Below are positions 8,629 through 17,413 of a stretch of DNA of 56,710 nucleotides, piece after piece. Source of the DNA: Saprospiraceae bacterium (lineage in GTDB: Bacteria > Bacteroidota > Bacteroidia > Chitinophagales > Saprospiraceae); assembly GCA_045106545.1 (NCBI GenBank), contig JBGCES010000055.1, positions 1-56,710 of the forward strand, written 5' to 3'. How positions within the stretch are numbered: position 1 is the stretch's first letter; the number at the start of each line of letters is the position of its first letter. The notes beneath the pieces were generated by a model, which ran no database searches, had not been told where the DNA came from, and was given only the letters and a program-made list of their open reading frames with translations. The translations under genes were made by a program, and so were the position numbers.

Positions 8629-10071
8629 TTATCTATTCTTCAACATCCCAACCAACCCACCAACATCAATCAACCTTAACAAAAACGCCACTCCACTAGC
8701 CAGAATAACATTCACCAAAAACCGCCACTCCCATTCCACATACCCCATCTGATAATGAAAATAAGAGCCTACCCAAACTACTATTCCAAATACCAATAAG
8801 CGAATAATCACGCCTATTTCCACCTTCAAATCAAATATCTTTTTGATAAAAAACAACTGCGCCACCAGCGCGAAAAACTGCGTAATACAAGTCACTTGCG
8901 CTGCGCCGAGTGCTTGTGATTTTAATATAAAAAAGTAGTTAAAAACGACATTTACGGCGACGGTGACGAAGGCAATGATATTTAATTGACGGACATTGCC
9001 GTTGGCGGTGAGGAGTGTGCCGAAGATGTAAGAACCTGTCACGGCAATAAAACTGAGCATCAAATAACCGAGTATTTCACCTGAATACGCACTGCCCGAA
9101 TCGTAGAGCAATTCCATGATTTCCGTTTGAAAAAAGAAGACGCTGACTGCTAAAGTAATCGCGCCCGCCCAAATCATTTGCCAACTAAAATAGACCAAAT
9201 CTTCTAGCGGCTCACGTGCTTTGAGCATGCGCGCAAACATAGGCAGCAACAAACTCGCAAAGAGAAAACCAATCATATTACTCGCTTCTAATAGCCGATA
9301 CGCACTCGCATATAAATCGGCTTCAATTTTCCCATTCGGCAGCAGCCGTTCAATCATAATCGCATCAATGCGCGAGTAAATCGTCATCAAAAAAATGACC
9401 AAAGCGTAGGGATAGCTATTTTTAACGATGACTAATAAAAAGGCAGGCTGAAAGCGAAAATGCAGGTATTTTAAACGTCCGTAAACGATAAAAAAGGCGA
9501 CGCTCGCCGTGACGAACAGTGTTGCAGTTTGCGCATAAATGAACCATTCAATGCGAAAATCATCCCGCGCAGGACTAAACCACAGCAAGTAGCCACAGAC
9601 AAAAATCAGCAGCAGCCGATCCAAAATCGAGACCAAACTATCCGTGCGATACATCGCTAATCCGCTGATATTAGAACGAAATAAGAGAATCAGCGAATTT
9701 AGAATCCAATTGAGCGAAATGAATAGGAGAAGATGGAAATAGAGTTCGGTATAACCGAGTAGCGTCGCAAAAAGCATAACCGCCGCGAGATAAAATACCG
9801 CGAGAATGCTTTTTAAAATTAGAATATTGGGAAAGTATTTTTCTAATAATTGGCGGTGCTGCGCGATGTTGCGACTATTGAAATTTTGAATACCAAAATC
9901 GTTAATAATTTGCAGCAGAAAGGTAAAATTGAAGAGCGCGAAGTAAATACCGTATTCTCCTGCCGCTACCGTATTCTGAATCGTTCGGTCAATACCAAAG
10001 ATATAAAACGGCTTGATCAGCAAGTTGATCGCAACGAGGAAAATGATGTTGATGAGAAATTCGCGGTTCAT
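8629..10071 (-). CDS. Polysaccharide/oligosaccharide flippase (MOP/Wzx-like) membrane protein
   Basis: 480-aa ORF that is hydrophobic throughout (about 12-14 predicted helices). Its size and pattern are typical of polysaccharide biosynthesis (Wzx) proteins. Confidence 0.75.
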   Translation of the reverse strand: MNREFLINIIFLVAINLLIKPFYIFGIDRTIQNTVAAGEYGIYFALFNFTFLLQIINDFGIQNFNSRNIAQHRQLLEKYFPNILILKSILAVFYLAAVMLFATLLGYTELYFHLLLFISLNWILNSLILLFRSNISGLAMYRTDSLVSILDRLLLIFVCGYLLWFSPARDDFRIEWFIYAQTATLFVTASVAFFIVYGRLKYLHFRFQPAFLLVIVKNSYPYALVIFLMTIYSRIDAIMIERLLPNGKIEADLYASAYRLLEASNMIGFLFASLLLPMFARMLKAREPLEDLVYFSWQMIWAGAITLAVSVFFFQTEIMELLYDSGSAYSGEILGYLMLSFIAVTGSYIFGTLLTANGNVRQLNIIAFVTVAVNVVFNYFFILKSQALGAAQVTCITQFFALVAQLFFIKKIFDLKVEIGVIIRLLVFGIVVWVGSYFHYQMGYVEWEWRFLVNVILASGVAFLLRLIDVGGLVGMLKNR

Positions 10072-10114
10072 GATGCCGCAAAGAACGGGATTTATATTGG
10101 ATTTTCCGATTTGT

Positions 10115-10236
10115 TAGGATTGCCCACGGATTGGACGGATATAACGGATTCGTGTAGGTCGTGAGCGACAAAAAAAATATGTCGCTCACGACCTGCGAAA
10201 ATCCGTTCGATCTGTTAGATCCGTGGGCAATCCTAT
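10115..10236. repeat. Long palindromic intergenic repeat, family R1-related, copy e
   Basis: Perfect 17-bp termini TAGGATTGCCCACGGAT / ATCCGTGGGCAATCCTA. The inner hairpin is GGTCGTGAGCGAC-A8TAT-GTCGCTCACGACC. It shares the 15-mer TAGGTCGTGAGCGAC with 34916-34930. Confidence 0.7.
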
Positions 10237-10245
10237 CTAATTTCA

Positions 10246-11478
10246 CTACTCGTACCGCAAGGACTCAATCGGATCGAGCCGTGATGCTTTCAACGCAGGA
10301 TACAAACCAGAAATCAAGCCCACCACCATACACGTAATAAACGCAATCGTAATCCATAGCCACGGCATCCTAAATTCGCCACCGAGCAAAGCGGAAACGA
10401 CTACACCGATTAATACGCCAAGGAAAATACCGACCAAGCCGCCCATTTGGCAAATCACAACGGCTTCCGTCAAAAATTGAGTTAAAATATTTTTACGCGT
10501 TGCGCCGAGGGCTTTGCTGATGCCGATTTCACGCGTACGTTCGGTCACGGAAACAAGCATGATATTCATCAAACCGATCGCTGCACCGAGCAAAGTAATC
10601 ACACCAATACCGACCGCCGCTAGGCGAAAATAGACCGTATTTTCTTGTAATTGCTTTACCAAACCATCGCTGGTGTCAATTTCAAAATCATCTTCCTGAT
10701 CCAAGCGTAATCCGCGGACACGGCGGAATAAGCTCGTTGCTTCGGAAATACCTGCATCAATATTGGTCGCGTCTGCGGTCGCCACTTCAAGGTCGTAGCC
10801 GCGCGTTGCCGATACCCAAAAGCGTTTGGCATTCATCAGTGGAATAAGTGCTATGCGGTCGCTACTCTGCCCCATTTGCGAACCTTTAGATTTGAGTACG
10901 CCAACAACGAGGTATTTTAAGTTGCCAATCGCGATAGTTTGATTGACGGCTTTATCGGCTTTTCCATTAAAAAGATCGTCCACAATTTCTTTTCCAATAA
11001 TGGCTTTGCCTTGCCCGTTCGTTACTTCCATATTGGTGAAGTTGCGCCCCACCGCAATTTCAAGATCCTTGATTTGTAAATGATTTTCGTCAATTCCACG
11101 TACGCGTACATTTGGATTGGTTTCTTCATCCGCATATTTCAAAACGGCAATGCCCGTGCCCGATACCGAAATCGTAGTTTTGGACGGAAAAGCGAAACGT
11201 TCCTTAAATTCTACTGCTTGTTTGAACGTAATCGCTTCGCCACGTTTGGAACGTCTGCCGCGCCGATTACCACCGCTATCTTTTTCATCAATCGAAAACG
11301 AATTTGCGCCCAAGCGCGAAAAATTATCACTCAACGAATAAATCGCGCTATCAATCGCCGTCAATATCCCTACCAACGCCATGATCCCAAAGGCAATAAT
11401 CATCAGCGTCAAAATGGCGCGTAACCAATTGGAACGAACGGAACGCAGGGCTTGGCGGATGGTCTCTTTAAAATCCAT
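10246..11478 (-). CDS. ABC transporter permease, MacB/FtsX family
   Basis: 410-aa ORF with an N-terminal TM, a large periplasmic domain and a C-terminal FtsX-type 3-TM bundle (ISKALGATRKNIL...). Confidence 0.9.
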   Translation of the reverse strand: MDFKETIRQALRSVRSNWLRAILTLMIIAFGIMALVGILTAIDSAIYSLSDNFSRLGANSFSIDEKDSGGNRRGRRSKRGEAITFKQAVEFKERFAFPSKTTISVSGTGIAVLKYADEETNPNVRVRGIDENHLQIKDLEIAVGRNFTNMEVTNGQGKAIIGKEIVDDLFNGKADKAVNQTIAIGNLKYLVVGVLKSKGSQMGQSSDRIALIPLMNAKRFWVSATRGYDLEVATADATNIDAGISEATSLFRRVRGLRLDQEDDFEIDTSDGLVKQLQENTVYFRLAAVGIGVITLLGAAIGLMNIMLVSVTERTREIGISKALGATRKNILTQFLTEAVVICQMGGLVGIFLGVLIGVVVSALLGGEFRMPWLWITIAFITCMVVGLISGLYPALKASRLDPIESLRYE

Positions 11479-11520
11479 GCTTAGTTATTAGTTGAGTAGA
11501 CACATAAACTTATGGGTAAA

Positions 11521-11612
11521 CGCGAAGGACGCGGAGACGCAGAGTTTTCTGCTCTAACACGCCCGCGACATAGTAAGAACGCAGAGATTTTTTCAGTAGA
11601 AAAAATAACGAA
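11521..11612. repeat. Intergenic repeat, family F2, copy a
   Basis: CGCGAAGGA CGCGGAGA CGCAGAGTT tandem units plus a TTTTTTCAG-N-GAAAAAA hairpin. Related copies lie at 17106-17337 and 25083-25196. Confidence 0.55.
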
Positions 11613-11903
11613 GAGCGCAAAATTGTACTACGAGTTAATTTGTCGATTCAATTAGTGACTAATAACGAATAAGTGTTTACTAATCACTAAAATTAACGAT
11701 GACTTATCAACTTTAAAATTAATAAATGAATTAGAAGTCACTTCCATTTGTTGGATGAATCCGACTTTCTTATCGAAGTTTGATGATAAAATATGCTTTT
11801 AGTGATTTTTAATTAACTTAGTCAAACTCATTTATCCCTAATTTTGTCTTTAATAAAATTATAAATTTCCTAACCATAAAAATAAGGTTGCGGAACATGT
11901 GCG

Positions 11904-11938
11904 GACCGTCCACCGTCTGCCGTCAACCATCTACCGTT
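11904..11938. repeat. Tandem degenerate heptamer array (5 units)
   Basis: GACCGTC CACCGTC TGCCGTC AACCATC TACCGTT, ending 7 nt before the scoA ATG. An inverted relative lies at 22714-22741. Confidence 0.65.
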
Positions 11939-11945
11939 TCAAATT

Positions 11946-12641
11946 ATGAATAAAATCGTAGCAAATGCACAGGAAGCCATTGCTGGCATCAAAGACAACA
12001 TGACTTTGATGGTGGGTGGTTTTGGGCTGTGCGGAATTCCCGAAAATTCTATTGCGGCGCTGGTCGAAAGTGGCGTAACGGGGCTGACCTGTATTTCCAA
12101 TAATGCGGGCGTAGATGATTTCGGATTGGGTTTGCTGTTGCAAAAAAAGCAGATCAAAAAAATGATTTCGTCTTACGTGGGTGAGAATGCCGAATTTGAA
12201 CGGCAAATGTTGAGTGGTGAACTGGAAGTCGATTTGATTCCGCAAGGATCATTGGCAGAACGTTGTCGGGCAGGCGGCGCGGGTATTCCTGCTTTTTTTA
12301 CGCCCGCTGGTTTCGGAACGGAAGTCGCGGTAGGCAAAGAGGTTCGTTGGTTTAATGGCAAACCGCACATTTTGGAACACGCGCTAGCGGCAGATTTTGC
12401 TTTCGTTAAAGCATGGAAAGGCGACAAAGATGGCAACATTGTTTTCAAAGGAACAGCACGTAACTTCAATCCAGTCATGGCAATGGCGGGTAAAATTACG
12501 GTCGTAGAAGTAGAAGAATTAGTCGAAACGGGAACGCTCGATCCTAATTTCATTCACTTACCAGGCGTGTTTGTGCAACGTATTTTTCAAGGCGAACGCT
12601 ATGAGAAAAGAATTGAGCAACGGACGGTACGTCAGAAGTAA
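11946..12641 (+). CDS. scoA: CoA transferase subunit A (3-oxoacid CoA-transferase type)
   Basis: 231-aa ORF with family I CoA-transferase subunit A features ([10 protein letters not shown]...), paired with a subunit B gene downstream. Confidence 0.9.
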   Translation: MNKIVANAQEAIAGIKDNMTLMVGGFGLCGIPENSIAALVESGVTGLTCISNNAGVDDFGLGLLLQKKQIKKMISSYVGENAEFERQMLSGELEVDLIPQGSLAERCRAGGAGIPAFFTPAGFGTEVAVGKEVRWFNGKPHILEHALAADFAFVKAWKGDKDGNIVFKGTARNFNPVMAMAGKITVVEVEELVETGTLDPNFIHLPGVFVQRIFQGERYEKRIEQRTVRQK

Positions 12642-12643
12642 CG

Positions 12644-12678
12644 TAGTTATTAGTAACCAGTTATCAGTCGTTGTTATT
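12644..12678. repeat. Tandem degenerate heptamer array (about 5 units)
   Basis: TAGTTAT TAGTAAC CAGTTAT CAGTCGT TGTTATT, starting 2 nt after the scoA stop. The same word occurs after the kinase stop at 17054-17081. Confidence 0.55.
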
Positions 12679-12725
12679 TTTACAAATAGTCGCCAATTTC
12701 TGATAACTACCTATTCTAAAATCAA

Positions 12726-12875
12726 GGCTATACGAAGTTGTCCAAGTATAGGATTGGAACACAGATTAAACAGGACTAAACGGATCAACACAGATTTTTC
12801 ATAAAATATTTGCGTAATTCTGTCCAATCCATTCAATCCGCGTTCCGATTATATGACTTTGCACAGTCGAAATTA
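12726..12875. mobile_element. MITE-like palindromic element, family R1, copy b
   Basis: GGCTATACGAAGT...ATAGGATTGGAACACAGATTAAACAGGACTAAACGGATC...GCGTTCC...GACTTTGCACAGTC. It is flanked by the 9-bp direct repeat TAAAATCAA (12717-12725 and 12876-12884). Confidence 0.6.
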
Positions 12876-12940
12876 TAAAATCAAAGGTTGGTGATGGTTT
12901 GAATTTTCAATTCTCCATTTTCAATTCTCAATTAACAACC

Positions 12941-13594
12941 ATGTTAGATAAAAACGGAATTGCTCGCCGCATTGCGCAAGAATTGCAAAACGGCTGGTAC
13001 GTCAACTTAGGTATTGGTATTCCAACGCTGATCGCAAATCATATCCCCGCAGGCATCGAAGTAGAATTTCAATCAGAAAACGGCATTATGGGCATGGGTC
13101 CTTTTCCATTTGACGGAGAAGAAGATGCGGATTTAATCAATGCGGGTAAGCAAACGATTACTGCGATGCCAGGCGCGGCGATTTTTGATTCGTCTTTGAG
13201 TTTTGCCATGATCCGTGGGCAACATATTAACTTAACCGTACTTGGTGCAATGGAAGTCGCAGATAATGGCGATATTGCGAATTGGAAAATCCCGGGTAAG
13301 ATGGTAAAAGGCATGGGCGGCGCGATGGATTTAGTGGCTTCCGCCGAAAATATCATCGTAGCGATGATGCACACCAATCGCAAAGGGCATTCTAAATTAT
13401 TACGTCAATGCACTTTACCTCTGACGGGTGTGCGCTGTGTGAAGAAAGTAGTGACCAATCTAGCGGTGATGGATATTACAACGCGAGGCTTCAAATTGTT
13501 AGAACGCGCACCAGGCGTAAGCGTAGCAGACATTCAAGCAGCAACAGAAGGACGATTAATTATTGAAGGTGACGTTCCAGAAATGCAACTTTAA
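12941..13594 (+). CDS. scoB: CoA transferase subunit B
   Basis: ATG at 12941 (MLDKNGIARR...) is preferred over the track's upstream alternative start. The SENG active-site Glu motif is present (FQSENGIMGMGP). Confidence 0.9.
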   Translation: MLDKNGIARRIAQELQNGWYVNLGIGIPTLIANHIPAGIEVEFQSENGIMGMGPFPFDGEEDADLINAGKQTITAMPGAAIFDSSLSFAMIRGQHINLTVLGAMEVADNGDIANWKIPGKMVKGMGGAMDLVASAENIIVAMMHTNRKGHSKLLRQCTLPLTGVRCVKKVVTNLAVMDITTRGFKLLERAPGVSVADIQAATEGRLIIEGDVPEMQL

Positions 13595-13603
13595 AATATT
13601 ATT

Positions 13604-13755
13604 GAAGGCTGTACGAAGTTTGCCAAGCAGATAGGATTGGAACACAGATTAAACAGGATTGAACGGATCAACACAGATTTTTTTATAAAGTATCCACACA
13701 AATCTGTCCGAGCCATTCAATCGGCGTTCCAATTATGTGACTTCGTACAGTCGTG
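13604..13755. mobile_element. MITE-like palindromic element, family R1, copy c
   Basis: Terminal inverted repeats GGCTGTACGAAGT / ACTTCGTACAGTC. The core is near-identical to copy b and in the same orientation. It is flanked by the 9-bp direct repeat AATATTATT (13595-13603 and 13756-13764). Confidence 0.6.
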
Positions 13756-13785
13756 AATATTATTAATAAATGCACATTATACGAG

Positions 13786-13830
13786 CGATTGGAGTATTTG
13801 AAATGCTCCAATCGTTTTAATATTTTTTTT
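13786..13830 (+). terminator. Intrinsic terminator-like hairpin after the scoAB region
   Basis: Stem CGATTGGAG / CTCCAATCG with an 11-nt loop, followed by TTTTAATATTTTTTTT. Confidence 0.6.
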
Positions 13831-13919
13831 ATTAAAACCTGATAACCAATCAATTATACACAAGACGACCAATAAGATAAAAGCTTAATTCCTTAATTTT
13901 AGTTTTCCCCGATATTTAC

Positions 13920-16900
13920 ATGAAGCGTTTAGCCCACAGAATAATTATAGTAATCTATTGTTTACTATGCCTTTTGTCATTGGTCAAAAGTCAAAGCCAT
14001 CTTAGTAGCATTACAGATAATCCTACAGTTGAGATACAAGATACCAGCGTGTTTTTACAGCAAAGTTGGCAAGAAATTGAACAGCTATTTGAAACAGAAA
14101 ATACTGTATCTACCGACCAACGACTAAAAAACCATCAGACCATTGCTCACCAATATGGTTTTCGTTTCCAACCAGACTTCCCAAATCAACGACTCAATTT
14201 ATCCTATCGCCAGCTTTTTGATGAGCTTTTTATCTTAGAAGATAAAACGGGTAAACTCACCATTGATTCTATTGCTAATCCGATTTATCAAAAGCAATTT
14301 ACTCCTAATGATAGCTATCGAGGTCTTGAAAGAGAGCACATTGAGCTTTTCTCACTTCCAACTGACTATCAAGTAAATAGTACTTATTGGGTAAAATTAC
14401 AAGCTATCAATACAAGCGCAGCAGAGCAAGAAGCGTGGTTTGTCGTAGGTTGGCAGGAACGAACTTGGGCTGAAATTGAAATTTATAAAGATGATGGAAC
14501 TAAAGTTGAAAAGGTTGGGATTAGCGGTTATAGTATTCCATTAGAACAAAAAATGGCGGCAGATTGGCGTAGTTTTATACAAATTGAAGTTGCACCTCAT
14601 AGTTGTGCAACTTACTACCTGCGTTTAAAAGATACTTTTCATCCAGATTATCCAGATTTAATTGCACTTTATCATTTTGATGAAGAAGCGTACTGGAATA
14701 ATAAAAGTTTTTCCTTCTTAGGGAGTGGTTCCTTTTTGGGAATCACATTTCTATTAATTTTGTTAGGAACAGTCCTTTATTACTATGGTCGAGATAAAGT
14801 CACCTTATTTTTTATCGCGTATCTCGCGGGTATTTGGCTACATGATTTCGCTAGTTCGGAAAACATAGGTGCTAGTAATTTATTTAATGAATTTTTTCCA
14901 CTCGCGCTATACACTAGAGCGATTCTTTCTACGGTCGGTTATTTAATCATGTCGTTTTCTTTTGGGTTTTTCTGCGTTTATTTTTTAGATGGGAAAAAAT
15001 ACGCGCCTACCATTAGTAAATTATTAATCTGGTCGGTTAGTCTGCAACTAATTCTACACGGTGTTGCATTAAAGTTTTTCGATTTCTTTTTCCACCAATA
15101 CTTCGAGTATCCATACTTATGGATAACCTTACTTTCTATCATTCTTCAACTTATCATTCTTTTTGAATTAGCACTAGCTTTCTCGCTTGGCATCACTGCC
15201 CTCCGCAAGAAACACCCTTTAGCAAAAATGTTCCTTTTAGCTAATATGTTATTACTCCTTGGTTTTCCTATTGGTTATATTTTGGATGCTTTCTTTGCCA
15301 ATGGTTTCTCTAGCCAGCAATTCTTAGCTATCGCCCGCATCGGTCATCTCGCGCAGTATATTTTATTCATGCTTGCGATAGTATATAAAGCCCAAATGGA
15401 ACGCAATCAAATCATGCAGAAACGACTTGAATTGGGGCTTGAATTAGAAATGAAGCAACAGGAAGCACAGCGATTAAAAGAATTAGATAGTTTCAAAACG
15501 CGCTTATATACCAATTTGACGCACGAATTTCGCACGCCGCTAACGGTCATTTTAGGAATGGTTGAACAAATGCAAGCTGCACCGAAAAAGTATTTTGCCG
15601 AAGGTACGCAGCTGATTGAACGGAATGGACGTAATTTATTACGACTTATCAATCAATTACTTGATCTTTCTAAATTACAGAATAATGCCTTTCAGTTACA
15701 ACTTCAGCAAGGAGACATTATTACTTACTTGCGTTATTTGGTAGAATCGTTTCAGACTTTTGCAAATAGTCATAATCTATCCCTGCAATTTACCTCTACT
15801 TTGGAGCAGCAATACATGGACTATGACCCAGATCAACTCCAGCAGATATTGACTAATTTGATTTCTAATGCCGTGAAGTTCACGCCTTCTGGTGGGCATA
15901 TTCAAGTGAAGGCATTCAAGGAAGAAGATAAGCTGATTCTAAAATTAACTGATACGGGAGCTGGAATTGCCGAGAAAGATATTCCGCATATTTTCGACCG
16001 TTTTTATCAAGCAGATAATTCTGCTACTCGCCAAAATGAAGGTACAGGACTTGGGTTAGCGCATACGCAAGAACTCGTAAAATTGATGGATGGGACGATT
16101 AGCGTTCAAAGTCAAATTCAACAAGGAACGACCTTTCAAATTATTTTACCAATTAGACAAAATAGTAGTTTAGAAACAAGACAGCAAAATGATATTTTAA
16201 TAAAAGAAAATCGACCGCTTACGACCAAGCAAATTGTCCCTACAGCTTCAAATATAAATTCCACTACTAATGGAGAACGTCAACAATTATTAATCATCGA
16301 AGACAATCACGATGTCGTCAGCTATTTGAAGGCTTGTTTGGCAGACCAATATCAACTTGAAATCGCATATAACGGAGCGATTGGTATAAAAAAGGCATTA
16401 GAACATATCCCAGATCTAATCGTCAGCGACATTATGATGCCCGAAAAAGATGGCTTTGAAGTATGCGATACTTTAAAAAACGACGAACGTACTAGCCATA
16501 TTCCGATTATTTTATTAACCGCTAAAGCCGATGTTCCATCAAAAATAAAAGGTTTGCAACGCGGAGCGGATGCCTACTTATCTAAGCCTTTTAATAAAGA
16601 AGAATTGCTGGTTAGAGTAGAAAAAATGATCGAGCGGCAGCATAGACTCACTGCTTATTTTCAAAATAAGGTTGGTACAAAAAATTCATTTTCAATAGCA
16701 ACTGATAATGAACCAATAGAAGAACCGGTAGTAGTTGAAAATATTTTTCTACAAAAAATTATCAAAATCTTGGAAGAAAATTATCAAGATGAGCAATTCT
16801 GGTTATCGGAACTTTGTCAAGCAATCGGTATGAGTCGCTCGCAATTTTATCGCAAGATGAAAGCTATAATTGGGCAATCGCCTTCTCAATTTATCCGCAC

Positions 16901-17051
16901 GTTTCGATTGAAGAAAGCGAAAATTCTACTGGAAGATTCTAAACTGAACATCAATGAAATTAGCTGGAAAACTGGCTTCTCTAGCAACTCACATTTTTCT
17001 AAATTATTTAAAGAAGAATTTGGCGTAAGCCCAAGAGAATTTAAGGTGTAG
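13920..17051 (+). CDS. Hybrid sensor histidine kinase / response regulator with AraC-type HTH (7TMR-DISM sensor)
   Basis: 1043-aa ORF. Domains in order are a signal peptide, an extracytoplasmic domain, a ~7-TM block, HisKA (LTHEFRTPLTVILGM), HATPase (GTGLGLA), REC (DLIVSDIMMPEKDG) and AraC HTH (C-terminal SHFSKLFKEEFGVSPREF). Confidence 0.9.
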   Translation: MKRLAHRIIIVIYCLLCLLSLVKSQSHLSSITDNPTVEIQDTSVFLQQSWQEIEQLFETENTVSTDQRLKNHQTIAHQYGFRFQPDFPNQRLNLSYRQLFDELFILEDKTGKLTIDSIANPIYQKQFTPNDSYRGLEREHIELFSLPTDYQVNSTYWVKLQAINTSAAEQEAWFVVGWQERTWAEIEIYKDDGTKVEKVGISGYSIPLEQKMAADWRSFIQIEVAPHSCATYYLRLKDTFHPDYPDLIALYHFDEEAYWNNKSFSFLGSGSFLGITFLLILLGTVLYYYGRDKVTLFFIAYLAGIWLHDFASSENIGASNLFNEFFPLALYTRAILSTVGYLIMSFSFGFFCVYFLDGKKYAPTISKLLIWSVSLQLILHGVALKFFDFFFHQYFEYPYLWITLLSIILQLIILFELALAFSLGITALRKKHPLAKMFLLANMLLLLGFPIGYILDAFFANGFSSQQFLAIARIGHLAQYILFMLAIVYKAQMERNQIMQKRLELGLELEMKQQEAQRLKELDSFKTRLYTNLTHEFRTPLTVILGMVEQMQAAPKKYFAEGTQLIERNGRNLLRLINQLLDLSKLQNNAFQLQLQQGDIITYLRYLVESFQTFANSHNLSLQFTSTLEQQYMDYDPDQLQQILTNLISNAVKFTPSGGHIQVKAFKEEDKLILKLTDTGAGIAEKDIPHIFDRFYQADNSATRQNEGTGLGLAHTQELVKLMDGTISVQSQIQQGTTFQIILPIRQNSSLETRQQNDILIKENRPLTTKQIVPTASNINSTTNGERQQLLIIEDNHDVVSYLKACLADQYQLEIAYNGAIGIKKALEHIPDLIVSDIMMPEKDGFEVCDTLKNDERTSHIPIILLTAKADVPSKIKGLQRGADAYLSKPFNKEELLVRVEKMIERQHRLTAYFQNKVGTKNSFSIATDNEPIEEPVVVENIFLQKIIKILEENYQDEQFWLSELCQAIGMSRSQFYRKMKAIIGQSPSQFIRTFRLKKAKILLEDSKLNINEISWKTGFSSNSHFSKLFKEEFGVSPREFKV

Positions 17052-17053
17052 TA

Positions 17054-17081
17054 TAGTTATCAGTTATTAAGTGATCAGTCA
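17054..17081. repeat. Tandem degenerate heptamer array (about 4 units)
   Basis: TAGTTAT CAGTTAT TAAGTGA TCAGTCA, directly after the kinase stop codon. Confidence 0.45.
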
Positions 17082-17105
17082 AGCAAGGCGTTAATGAAAT
17101 GCCTT

Positions 17106-17337
17106 AGCCTAGGCTGTTCAAAGTGGCGAAACGTTTACCCTGTATTTTTTGAAACGCAGAGTTCGCGGAGGCGCGGAGTTTTTCTACTCTGACACGCACT
17201 ATTCATCACGCGTTGCGTGACAGTATATTTTTTAGGTCGCGGAGCATTTTTTCTTGCGAAAAAAGTTGAGCAAAATACGCAGAAAAATGCGGCGTATAAA
17301 TTTTGCTCAATGCTGGATATTTTGAACAACCTAGGCT
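17106..17337. mobile_element. MITE-like element, family F2, copy b, with terminal inverted repeats
   Basis: AGCCTAGGCTGTTCAAA (17106-17122) against TTTGAACAACCTAGGCT (17321-17337), matching 16/17 as an inverted repeat. The interior carries CGCAGAGTT CGCGGAGG CGCGGAGTT units and a TTTTTTCTTGCGAAAAAA hairpin. Confidence 0.55.
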
Positions 17338-17379
17338 TAATCTTGATAACGAATGACCCTTTTGTTCAAAATATTAGCG

Positions 17380-17412
17380 CAACTACAAACTATTAACTAG
17401 CTACTACCAACT
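17380..17412. repeat. Tandem degenerate heptamer array (about 5 units), 3' of the M28 peptidase gene
   Basis: CAACTAC AAACTAT TAACTAG CTACTAC CAACT. On the transcript (minus) sense this reads as GTAGTTG-type units and abuts the stop codon. About 80% identical to 19723-19756. Confidence 0.65.
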
Positions 17413-17413
17413 T

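Noticed and set aside
12173-12553. A 126-aa ORF antisense to scoA, and a 77-aa ORF (12571-12804) in the scoA-scoB spacer.
   Set aside because: The first is a shadow ORF. The second runs across the heptamer array and the R1 repeat, so its coding potential is an artefact of repeat sequence.
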